Shown piece by piece: positions 9,984-19,173 of a stretch of 64,000 nucleotides of DNA; position 1 is the first letter of the stretch; every line of letters begins with the position of its first letter. The translations under genes and the position numbers were made by a program. The stretch is from positions 6,414 through 70,413 of the forward strand of contig WQSF01000001.1 in NCBI GenBank assembly GCA_009788065.1. Reading direction: 5' to 3'. A model generated the notes under the pieces. The model worked only from the letters and a program-made list of their open reading frames with translations. It was not told the origin of the DNA and searched no databases. Source of the stretch: Treponema sp. GTDB lineage: Bacteria; Spirochaetota; Spirochaetia; Treponematales; Breznakiellaceae.

Positions 9984-11990
9984 ATGGAAATTAAGAATTT
10001 TAAAAATTATAAAATAATAACAAAACTCGGCATAAGCGCTTCAGTGTTTCTGCTTCCGCTTGGTATTATGCTTTTTTCAATAATTTCCATATCATTATCT
10101 TCCATCAGGAAAGATACAAATGAAATACGCGGCATTGAGGTTCTTAGACCCGCAATTGCCCTAATGCAGATTATCCCGCAGTATGTCAGATACGCTGTTG
10201 ACGGCGCTTCAGGCGATTTAGCTCATTCAAAGCAGTACACAGAAGAACTGCTTGCGGAATTAAGAAGCAAATATACAGCGTATTTCAGCAACATAGGTTA
10301 CATAGTATCTCCGCAGTCTTTAACTGAAAACTGGCAGCATTTATCAAGCACTTCGATACGCGATACGGTTTTATGGGCATACAGACAGCTAATGCAGGAC
10401 CTTATTCAGATAATTGTTTTTATCGGCGATGTTTCAGGTCTTGTAACCGACAGCGATATTGAAAGCGCTTATTTATTCGCGGCGGCAATTCAGGAACTGC
10501 CTCAGGCGCAGGAAAGAATTGTTTTTATCGGAAACCTTTTAAGAACAATCGAAGACGGCGCGTTCACGCAGAGGCGCAGGGCTGAACTGCAGCGCAACCT
10601 TCAGATTCTTGTGTTTTCAGATAACGCACGTATACAAAACAGATTTAAAGCGGCGGAAAGCCTTAGAATACGCAACACGGATACGCTTGAATCCTTTGAA
10701 ATTCTTTTAAAGGGCTGTTACGACAGAGTGGCGTATTTCGCGGATACCGCAGAGCATATAATTAATGAGCCAGTCATTAATCTTGATTCTCTTCCTGCCC
10801 TTTACGATACTGCAAGCCATGCGAATAACGCCATGTACCGTCTGCAAACCGCTTCTCTTGACAGACTGGAAGAAATAATAAAAAAAAGAATTACTTCATA
10901 TCGGCTTCGCCTGTTTTTTTCTCTTAGCGCCGCGATTATAGCAACATTATTTGCCTTTTTTATTATATTAATTACCACTCTGAACATTCGTAAATCGACA
11001 GATAACATGGGAAGGGTTTTTAAGAAACTTGACGAAAATAATCTTTCTGCCGAAATTGAATCATTTTCAGATGATGAACTTGGCGAATTTATGTTTGCGT
11101 TAAAGGGCTTTTTATCAAAATTACAGGTAACATTTTCATCTTTTTATAAAAATACGTCGATGGTTTCTTCCGCTGTCCATGAACTCTCCTCATCCGCAAA
11201 GCAGATAACGGCTACCGCAAACGAACAATCCGCAAGCGTCGCTCAAATTATCAGCACAATGGAAACCAATAAAGATCTTTCCAGTCAAGCGGCGGTAAAA
11301 ACAACAGAAGTCGCCGATCTTGCGACTCAAACCCAGGAATTAAGCAAACGCGGCGCGGATTTAAGGGAAGTTAACGAAGACATGATGCTTGATATACGAA
11401 ATCAAAACGCTAAAATTATTGAAATTATAAGAAATCTTGCCGATATGCTTTCCAGAATAGATGAATCCATAAAATTAATCGATACAATCGCGGATCATAC
11501 AAAACTTATCGCTTTTAACGCCGCTCTTGAAGCGTCTTCATCAGGAGAAGCGGGATCGCGTTTTTCCGTCGTCGCTTCTGAAATCAGACGTTTTGCAGAC
11601 AATGTTGTTGAATCATCTGCCGAAGTTAAAGAAAAAATAACTGAGCTGCAGGAAGCGGCTCATACTCTTTTAACGGAAGCAAACAGCGGAACCCGCGCTA
11701 TCGATCTAGGTTATACCAGAATGGTTGAACAAAAAGAAGTGTTTGAAAGTATAGTTGAAGTCTCGCAGAATGTCGCAATGAGATCTCAGCAGATATCCGG
11801 TCTTAGCAAACAGCAGGAATACGCTTCTGTTCAGGTTTTCTCCGCGCTTAAAGAAATTTCTGCAGGAGCCAGTCAATTTGCGTCTGTTACAAACCTTACG
11901 TCCATGACAATAGAGAAACTTAATAATATGTCTAAAGAGTTAAACGAAACGCTGGAAAAATACCATATTACTTCCAGGAATAATTTATGA
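9984..11990 (+). CDS. Methyl-accepting chemotaxis protein (2 TM, large periplasmic helical domain, HAMP)
   Basis: TM1 near aa 15-38, TM2 near aa 310-333, DDELGEF HAMP motif, TKLIAFNAALEASSSGEAGSRFSVVASEIRRFA hairpin tip. Confidence 0.92.
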   Translation: MEIKNFKNYKIITKLGISASVFLLPLGIMLFSIISISLSSIRKDTNEIRGIEVLRPAIALMQIIPQYVRYAVDGASGDLAHSKQYTEELLAELRSKYTAYFSNIGYIVSPQSLTENWQHLSSTSIRDTVLWAYRQLMQDLIQIIVFIGDVSGLVTDSDIESAYLFAAAIQELPQAQERIVFIGNLLRTIEDGAFTQRRRAELQRNLQILVFSDNARIQNRFKAAESLRIRNTDTLESFEILLKGCYDRVAYFADTAEHIINEPVINLDSLPALYDTASHANNAMYRLQTASLDRLEEIIKKRITSYRLRLFFSLSAAIIATLFAFFIILITTLNIRKSTDNMGRVFKKLDENNLSAEIESFSDDELGEFMFALKGFLSKLQVTFSSFYKNTSMVSSAVHELSSSAKQITATANEQSASVAQIISTMETNKDLSSQAAVKTTEVADLATQTQELSKRGADLREVNEDMMLDIRNQNAKIIEIIRNLADMLSRIDESIKLIDTIADHTKLIAFNAALEASSSGEAGSRFSVVASEIRRFADNVVESSAEVKEKITELQEAAHTLLTEANSGTRAIDLGYTRMVEQKEVFESIVEVSQNVAMRSQQISGLSKQQEYASVQVFSALKEISAGASQFASVTNLTSMTIEKLNNMSKELNETLEKYHITSRNNL

Positions 11991-13513
11991 TAAATAATTA
12001 TATTTTAACTAAAATAAAAAGAGATGAATTTGAAGGTGAAAAACTGATTAGTAAATTCAGATTTATTATCGCTCTGTTGTATGTCATTTTCGCCGTCCTT
12101 TTTGATGTTCTCAGACATATGGAAGGGCTTCAGTCCATTCCCAAATACGGATTTATTCCAAGCGGTATTTTTCTTTTTTATTCCATAGTTATTTATTTTT
12201 ATCTTAACAGTAAAAAATCGGTTCGTTCTTCTTTTAAATATATCTGCGTCTTTCTTGATATGACAATAATGAGCATTAGCATTTTTGTAAGCTGCGGTTA
12301 TCCTTATTTAAATCCTCCCATCCCCTATCTTTCGATATGGGCGCTTTTTTACGGTGTTCTTATATTGTTAGGCGCGTTCAGATACAGCGTAAAATGCGCG
12401 TTTATTTCAGGCGTTTACGCTGGTCTTTGCTATTTAACTGTAATTATACTAAGAGCAAAAGCGCTTGATCTTCCGTATTTTTTTGAACTTGACGACAGGA
12501 CTTTCAGCTTAAGTTTTCCAATACCAAATGAAACATTTCGTATAATGTCGATGATAGTTACAGGCATTATTACAGGCGTAGCATGCAAGCGCCATCTGTC
12601 GCTTTTTTGCGGTTTAATAGAAACGCAAATTTCCGCATCTAAAACAGCGAAAAAAACCATGTCAGAATCCAATAACGCCGCAAATACAATTCGTAAATCC
12701 ACAGAAGATATATTTCATTCATCCAAAGAAATATTTACGACTGCCAACAGCCAGGCCGCAAGTATTCAGGAAATCGAATCAACGATGGCGGAAAATTCCA
12801 AAATTGCGGCGGAAATAGCCGAAAAAACATCAAGTGTAGCGTCTGTTTCCATGCAGATGGATTTGGAAGTTGTTCAAGGTTTTAGCGCTCTTCAGCGGAA
12901 TGTCGATCAACTGGAAGATATTAAAGATAAAAACGACACTGTCATGTCAGGCGTTATCTCCCTAAGCGGTAAAATATCAAAAATACGCGATATTATCGAA
13001 GCAATTAACGCGATAACCGATCAAACCAAAGTTATTGCGTTTAACGCCGCGCTGGAGGCGGCAAGTTCCGGCGAATATAAAAAACGCTTCTCTGTCGTTT
13101 CAAGCGAAGTAGACAGACTTGCCGATAATATCTCCGCGCTTACAAAGGAAATACGCAAACAGGCGGACGATATTCAAAGCTCTTCATCATCGTTGATTGT
13201 CTCCAGCAAAGACAGCGCCGAAAACATTAAACAGGGTAATAATTTAATTAAGGAACTGGAGGATATTTTTTACGATATTCGTATCGCGGCTGAAGAAACT
13301 TCAAACCAGGCGCAGACAATCACAATTTCCACGCAAAAACAGCAAAAATCAACCGAACAGATCAGTATTGCCGTAAATGATATTACAAAAGGATTAAGGG
13401 ATTTTATCAATTCAACCAAATCAGTATCCTCCTCGGCGGAAGAACTTTCAAAAATAATTCAAAAGCTTGAAGCGTTATTAAACAATAATAATCCATTAAG
13501 GACAGGCGCATGA
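11987..13513 (+). CDS. MCP with polytopic membrane sensor (paralog 1)
   Basis: About 6 hydrophobic segments, then QTKVIAFNAALEAASSGEYKKRFSVVSSEVDRLA. Confidence 0.9.
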   Translation: MINNYILTKIKRDEFEGEKLISKFRFIIALLYVIFAVLFDVLRHMEGLQSIPKYGFIPSGIFLFYSIVIYFYLNSKKSVRSSFKYICVFLDMTIMSISIFVSCGYPYLNPPIPYLSIWALFYGVLILLGAFRYSVKCAFISGVYAGLCYLTVIILRAKALDLPYFFELDDRTFSLSFPIPNETFRIMSMIVTGIITGVACKRHLSLFCGLIETQISASKTAKKTMSESNNAANTIRKSTEDIFHSSKEIFTTANSQAASIQEIESTMAENSKIAAEIAEKTSSVASVSMQMDLEVVQGFSALQRNVDQLEDIKDKNDTVMSGVISLSGKISKIRDIIEAINAITDQTKVIAFNAALEAASSGEYKKRFSVVSSEVDRLADNISALTKEIRKQADDIQSSSSSLIVSSKDSAENIKQGNNLIKELEDIFYDIRIAAEETSNQAQTITISTQKQQKSTEQISIAVNDITKGLRDFINSTKSVSSSAEELSKIIQKLEALLNNNNPLRTGA

Positions 13514-15039
13514 CAAAAAGCGAAATAAATGAAAAAATCGCCTGCGATGAATTTGACGGCGAAAAATTAATTTGCAAATTTCGCATTGTAATTTCTTTGA
13601 TCTTTGCGGCGGGTGTACCTGTTGTTTCATTAATGAGAGGATTAAACGGAGAAAACCACTTCCCTCCCCAGGCGTATATATGCTGTTTTTCATTTATAAT
13701 ATATTCAATTTCAATTTACTTTTATCTTAAATCAAGAACGTCGGTTTCTCCTCTTTTTAAATATATCTGCGTTGTCATTGACATGATCATCCAATCTGCG
13801 AGTATCTGGATTGGCTGTACGTATCCTGATGCCGCTCCCGCCGTTATATATCTGTCTACATGGGCTTTATTCTTTATAGTTTTAATTATGTTAGGCGCAT
13901 TCAGATACAGCGTAAAGTGCGCGTATTTTTCGGGGGTTTTCGCAGGTTTTTGCTATCTTTTGGTTGTTATTATTAACAGAAAAAATATAGACTTGCCTTA
14001 TTACGTTATTCTTGACAGCCAGACAATAAAAGTCAGTTTTCCGGTCTTTAACGAAGCGTTCAGAGTAATCGCGATGTTTTTAACCGGTCTTATCACAGGA
14101 ATCGCCTGCAAGCGCCATCTTGATCTTTTTAATAACATGCTTGAAACCCAATCAAACGCCGCTTTAAGCGCGACAATGACCATTGAACAAACCCGCGGTA
14201 TCGCCGCCACAATTCAGAAATCAACAGATGAGATATTTATTTCTTCAAAATTAATATTTTCCACAGCAAATAATCAAGCGGCAAGTATTCAGGAAATTGA
14301 AAGCACCGTTGATGAAAACACGCGGATTGCAAAAGATATTGTAAATAAAATATCAGGGGTCGCGGGTATTTCCTCGAAAATGGAAGCCAACGTTAATCAC
14401 GGTTTTTCAATTCTGGAACTCAATATTGAACAATTAAAAGAGATAAAAGAAAAAAATGATATGGTAATTTCAGGGATTGTATCTCTTGAAAATAAAATAT
14501 CCAAAATACGGGATATTGTTAAAAATATTACGACTATTACGGATCAAACCAAAGTTATCGCTTTTAACGCGGCTTTAGAAGCGGCAAGCGCGGGCGAAAA
14601 CGGAAAACGTTTTGCGGTTGTTGCAAGCGAAGTCAACCGTCTTTCCGATGATATCGCATCCCTTACAAGGCAAATTCGTGAACAAGTTGAAGAAATTCAA
14701 AATTCTTCGTCTTCTCTGATTGTTTCCAGTAAAGAAAGCGCCGAAAAAATTACGGAAGGTAATAACCTCATTATAGAGCTTGAAAGTATTTTCCAGGAGA
14801 TTCGTTCATATGCGGAAATTACTTCGAATCAAGCGCAATTAATAACAACGTCCACCCAGAGACAGTTAAATTCCACAGAGCAGATTAATCTTGCAATAAC
14901 GGATATTTCTAAAGGGCTTTTTAATTTTATTCAATCAACTAAAATCGCGACTTCATCAGCAGACGATCTTAATCAGATGACAGTGCATCTTGGCTCTATT
15001 CTGAAAAAAGAAGACAATGAAAAAGAAGGCGCTGAATAA
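13510..15039 (+). CDS. MCP with polytopic membrane sensor (paralog 2)
   Basis: About 6 TM, then QTKVIAFNAALEAASAGENGKRFAVVASEVNRLS. Confidence 0.92.
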   Translation: MTKSEINEKIACDEFDGEKLICKFRIVISLIFAAGVPVVSLMRGLNGENHFPPQAYICCFSFIIYSISIYFYLKSRTSVSPLFKYICVVIDMIIQSASIWIGCTYPDAAPAVIYLSTWALFFIVLIMLGAFRYSVKCAYFSGVFAGFCYLLVVIINRKNIDLPYYVILDSQTIKVSFPVFNEAFRVIAMFLTGLITGIACKRHLDLFNNMLETQSNAALSATMTIEQTRGIAATIQKSTDEIFISSKLIFSTANNQAASIQEIESTVDENTRIAKDIVNKISGVAGISSKMEANVNHGFSILELNIEQLKEIKEKNDMVISGIVSLENKISKIRDIVKNITTITDQTKVIAFNAALEAASAGENGKRFAVVASEVNRLSDDIASLTRQIREQVEEIQNSSSSLIVSSKESAEKITEGNNLIIELESIFQEIRSYAEITSNQAQLITTSTQRQLNSTEQINLAITDISKGLFNFIQSTKIATSSADDLNQMTVHLGSILKKEDNEKEGAE

Positions 15040-15040
15040 T

Positions 15041-17254
15041 ATGGCGATAAACAAAGAAAAATTTATTAAAAAATACATCGAAGAAGGGCTCGAAATTATT
15101 ACTAAGGTTGAAAATCTTGTTTTTGATATTAAAGACGGAATTTCCGTGGAAGACGACCTTGCTACCCTTCTTCGTTTATTGCATACGTTAAAAGGATCTT
15201 CGCGTATGCTTGAGATTAAGCGTATAGAAGAATTAAGCCATTCCTTAGAAAGTGTTTTTGTCGCGGTAAGAGAACAGCGTATCGGTTTCTCGGAAAACGC
15301 TGTTAAATTAATTTTATCTTCGCTCGATTTGCTTAAAACAGGTTTTTCAGTTCTTCAGGAAACCGGCAATGATTCCATCGAAACTAGTGATTTTATAAAA
15401 AATCTTGTTTCCTTATCTTCAAATGAAGATTTTACAATTCCTAACGCCGATTTTTCAAAAGACGAGAATAGCGATAAACCAGCATTAACGAATGAAAAAG
15501 AAGATGAAAATCAAAATGCCTCTTTAGCTCCGGCTTCTTCCAAAAAACAAAAAAAAATAAAAACTGAAACAATAAGACTGTCGCTTGAAAAAATTGACGG
15601 AATAATAAAAAGTATAGCGTCTCTTCAATCGCTTGAAATATCGGCAAAAAGCATTTCTCAGGATTCTTTGGTTTTAAACAGTTTAATTAAAAATTATTCC
15701 AAGACATTAAGAGAACAAAAAAAAATCGATCCTGTTGTATACGCCAATTTCAGAAAACTGGAGCGCCTTTCGGAAAGGCTTAATTCGACGATAAAAAATT
15801 ATTCAATAGACGCCGGTAATTCAATCAGAATTGCTTATGACAGTGTAATATCTCTTCGCACCCTCCCTATTTCGACAATCTTTGACAGCTACCCCAGATA
15901 TGTTTACCAGTTATCGCAGGAACTTGGAAAAATAATTAATTTAACTATCGAAGGCAAAGAAAACGAAATAGATAAAAATATAATTGAATCGTTAACCGAA
16001 GTTTTTCTGCATATGGTAAGAAACTCAATCGATCACGGAATTGAATCTCCTGCCGAGCGCCTTGCCGCCGGTAAAAATGAAGCTGGTAATCTTTCAATAA
16101 TCTGTTCTCGTGAAAGCGGCAGTATGAAAATTGTTATATCGGACGATGGACGCGGTATCGATATAGAAAAAATAAGACAAAAAGCGGTTAGAGACGGCCA
16201 TGTTGCCGAAGCGTCAGCCGGTAATCTTTCCAAAGAAGAATTAATAAATTTTATTTTTCAAAGCGGTTTTTCTACATCAGGAGAAATAAATAATGTTTCT
16301 GGAAGAGGCGTAGGCATGGATGTCGTTCGCGACAGCATTGAAGCGTTAAAAGGAAGTATTGTAGTTGACAGTACGCATGGAGCCGGCACTTCGTTTACAA
16401 TAATGGTTCCGCTTTCAATAGCGGCTCTAATGGGTTTTCCGATTGAATGTAACGGCATGAAATTTATTATCCCTGCCAACTTTGTCGAAACAATACTGCT
16501 TTTGAATCGTGATGAAATTATAACAGTAGTAGACCGCCCTGAAATTAAATATAACGATCGTATAATAAAACTTTATTATTTAAGCCAGATTTTACAGACA
16601 AGATCGGAAGCCGCGCAATCATCTGACGTTGTTTTTATTGTAATAATACGTTCTTACGAAGACATTGCCGCTCTTGCAGTTGATAATATCGACAGCATGA
16701 GATCCGTAATTTTAAAAACAATGCCTTCTTTTATGGAACATATTCCCGTTTTTTCTGGAATAGTGTTAAACGAAAACTACGAGATGGTCAGTGTTCTTCA
16801 TATTCCGACAGTAATTAAAATGGCAAAGCGCATTAAAGCGATTGATATAAAAAAACGCCACATAGAAAATGAAAAATTAAGAAAAAATGTTCTTGTTGTC
16901 GACGATTCGCTTCCTATCCGCGAAATTGAAAGCGAAATTCTCCTTTCTGAAGGATACCGCGTTGACACAGCTCCTGACGGTGCGCAGGCTTTAAAAGCGG
17001 CTAAATCCAGACATTATGATTTAATCTGCACAGATCTTAACATGCCTGTCATGGACGGTTTTATGCTTATCGAAAATATTAAAAAGAACGATGATATTTC
17101 AAATATTCCCATTATAGTTATTTCATCTAACGAAAATGAGGAAGAGCAAAACAGGGCGCTTCAACTTGGCGCAAACCGTTACATTGTTAAAAATTCATTT
17201 AATAATCACAATTTACTGGAAGCCGTTAACTCGCTTATCGGAGGCGCTCAATGA
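15041..17254 (+). CDS. cheA: Hybrid CheA histidine kinase (Hpt-dimer-HATPase-CheW-REC)
   Basis: RLLHTLKGSSR (Hpt), HMVRNSIDHGIE, DDGRGID, SGRGVGMDVV, C-terminal VLVVDDS..TDLNMPVMDG receiver. Confidence 0.95.
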   Translation: MAINKEKFIKKYIEEGLEIITKVENLVFDIKDGISVEDDLATLLRLLHTLKGSSRMLEIKRIEELSHSLESVFVAVREQRIGFSENAVKLILSSLDLLKTGFSVLQETGNDSIETSDFIKNLVSLSSNEDFTIPNADFSKDENSDKPALTNEKEDENQNASLAPASSKKQKKIKTETIRLSLEKIDGIIKSIASLQSLEISAKSISQDSLVLNSLIKNYSKTLREQKKIDPVVYANFRKLERLSERLNSTIKNYSIDAGNSIRIAYDSVISLRTLPISTIFDSYPRYVYQLSQELGKIINLTIEGKENEIDKNIIESLTEVFLHMVRNSIDHGIESPAERLAAGKNEAGNLSIICSRESGSMKIVISDDGRGIDIEKIRQKAVRDGHVAEASAGNLSKEELINFIFQSGFSTSGEINNVSGRGVGMDVVRDSIEALKGSIVVDSTHGAGTSFTIMVPLSIAALMGFPIECNGMKFIIPANFVETILLLNRDEIITVVDRPEIKYNDRIIKLYYLSQILQTRSEAAQSSDVVFIVIIRSYEDIAALAVDNIDSMRSVILKTMPSFMEHIPVFSGIVLNENYEMVSVLHIPTVIKMAKRIKAIDIKKRHIENEKLRKNVLVVDDSLPIREIESEILLSEGYRVDTAPDGAQALKAAKSRHYDLICTDLNMPVMDGFMLIENIKKNDDISNIPIIVISSNENEEEQNRALQLGANRYIVKNSFNNHNLLEAVNSLIGGAQ

Positions 17255-19149
17255 GTCATGAACAAAAACGCATTTTGATACTTGAAGATTCCGATATTTT
17301 TGCTGACATGCTTATGGGTGTATTCGATTCCTCTGATTATATTCTGGAACGAGCAGTTAACGGCTTTGAAGGCATAAAAAAAGTTTACAGTTTTTTGCCT
17401 CATATTATTATTACAGACATTGAAATGCCGCTCTTTAAAGGATATCAGGTAACAAGACTTTTAAAATCCAGAAAAAACACAAAAATGATTCCCATTATTA
17501 TGTTTACCTCTCTGGATGAAACTAAAGACAAATTCTGGGGAGATCAGGCGGGCGCCGATTATTATATGAAAAAATCCCCGGAAAACCTTCCTGTGCTTTT
17601 GGAAGTTGTAAAAAACATTCTATTAAGTCCGCAGAATATTGATTTTGATATAATTGAAAAAGAAAGCAAGAAAATTACAGATGAATCTATTATAGAAATT
17701 GTTAATAATCTTTTAGATAACAAGCTTTTTCAAACTACGGTTATAGGTCTTTTAACAGATTTATCAAGTAAGGTAAATTCTTTGGATAAAGTCGTATACG
17801 GCATTTTTGATTTATTCAACACAGTCTGCAGAACAGAAATAATAACTCTTTTAATTCACGGTAAAAACAGGGTTCTTTATATATATACCGCCAATTTTTC
17901 AGAGTATAATAAAGAAACTACAGATAATCTTATAAGCGTATGTATATCGGATTTTGGCAGACTTTTTCAGGACACTATTTTTTCTACTAAAAAAACAAAA
18001 TATTTTATTCCTGAAGGAAATAATAATAAAAAAATATTATCATATATCTGGATACCCTTAACAGTCGGCGGTGAAATTTTCGCTTCGGTACACATCGCGA
18101 ATTCTCTTAACGAATATTTTTCTCCCGGTGTAATGGAAAATATAAATGTTTTCGCAGCAGCGGCTTCTCCGATTATCGCCAACGCTCTTTTAATGCACGA
18201 ACTCGCCGAACTTCAGAATAATACCCGTACCGCATTTGCGCGTTATGTGCCTGCCGATGTTATGGACGAAATAATTAACGAATCATCAAAAAAAGTAACT
18301 GTAAGCGAAAACAAAAACATTTCCGTCCTTTTTTGTGATATACGAAACTTTACAGAACTTTCAGAACATTCAGACCCGCAGATTGTCGTAGATTTTCTAA
18401 ATAATTTCTTTGAAAAAATGGGAATCGAAATCATCTCCGAAGGCGGCCATATCGACAAATTTATAGGAGACGCTATAATGGCGGTTTTCGGCGCTTTTCA
18501 GAACACGGAAAATTCCCCTTCTAACGCAATAAGAGCCGCTGTAAAAATGCTTGGAGCGCTTAATTCCATCAATTACGACGGCTCATCTTTTTATAAGGAA
18601 ATTGTAGATATCGGTATAGGAATTAATTACGGCGAGTGTATTTTGGGCAATATCGGTTTTAAAAATAAAATGGATTATACTATCATCGGAGATACTGTTA
18701 ATCTTGCGTCCCGGATAGAGAGCCTTACAAAATCATATCGTCACAGAATTATAGTATCAGAATTTGTTTATGAAGAAACAAAAGAAAAATTTCTTTACCG
18801 CAAGATAGACAATGTTCTTGTAAAAGGCAAGAAAAAACCGGTTGGGATTTACGCAGTATATTCGGGTTTTCATGGTGCGGACGGAAATAAACTGCGCTCA
18901 GGCGACACGTCGGATTTAATCTCAGTTCCTTCATTACTTATTGACAGAGACGTTCTTATAAATTACAACAAAGGACTTCAGGTTTTCTATATGCGCGAAT
19001 GGAAACTGGCGCTTGAATATTTTACAAAAGCGCTTGAACACCAGAATGATGATTTTCTTTCTAATCTGTATCTTGAACGTACAAAGAAATTTATGGCAAA
19101 TCCGCCGAATGACAACTGGAACGGCGTATTTTCACTTGCGGAAAAATAA
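17251..19149 (+). CDS. Response-regulator adenylate cyclase (REC-GAF-like-class III cyclase-TPR)
   Basis: ILEDS..ITDIEMP..K receiver; FCDIRNFT, DKFIGDAIMAVFG, DYTIIGDTVNLASRIE; C-terminal TPR ending PPNDNWNGV. Confidence 0.92.
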   Translation: MSHEQKRILILEDSDIFADMLMGVFDSSDYILERAVNGFEGIKKVYSFLPHIIITDIEMPLFKGYQVTRLLKSRKNTKMIPIIMFTSLDETKDKFWGDQAGADYYMKKSPENLPVLLEVVKNILLSPQNIDFDIIEKESKKITDESIIEIVNNLLDNKLFQTTVIGLLTDLSSKVNSLDKVVYGIFDLFNTVCRTEIITLLIHGKNRVLYIYTANFSEYNKETTDNLISVCISDFGRLFQDTIFSTKKTKYFIPEGNNNKKILSYIWIPLTVGGEIFASVHIANSLNEYFSPGVMENINVFAAAASPIIANALLMHELAELQNNTRTAFARYVPADVMDEIINESSKKVTVSENKNISVLFCDIRNFTELSEHSDPQIVVDFLNNFFEKMGIEIISEGGHIDKFIGDAIMAVFGAFQNTENSPSNAIRAAVKMLGALNSINYDGSSFYKEIVDIGIGINYGECILGNIGFKNKMDYTIIGDTVNLASRIESLTKSYRHRIIVSEFVYEETKEKFLYRKIDNVLVKGKKKPVGIYAVYSGFHGADGNKLRSGDTSDLISVPSLLIDRDVLINYNKGLQVFYMREWKLALEYFTKALEHQNDDFLSNLYLERTKKFMANPPNDNWNGVFSLAEK

Positions 19150-19173
19150 TATTTTTATATAGAGGTGTGTTAT

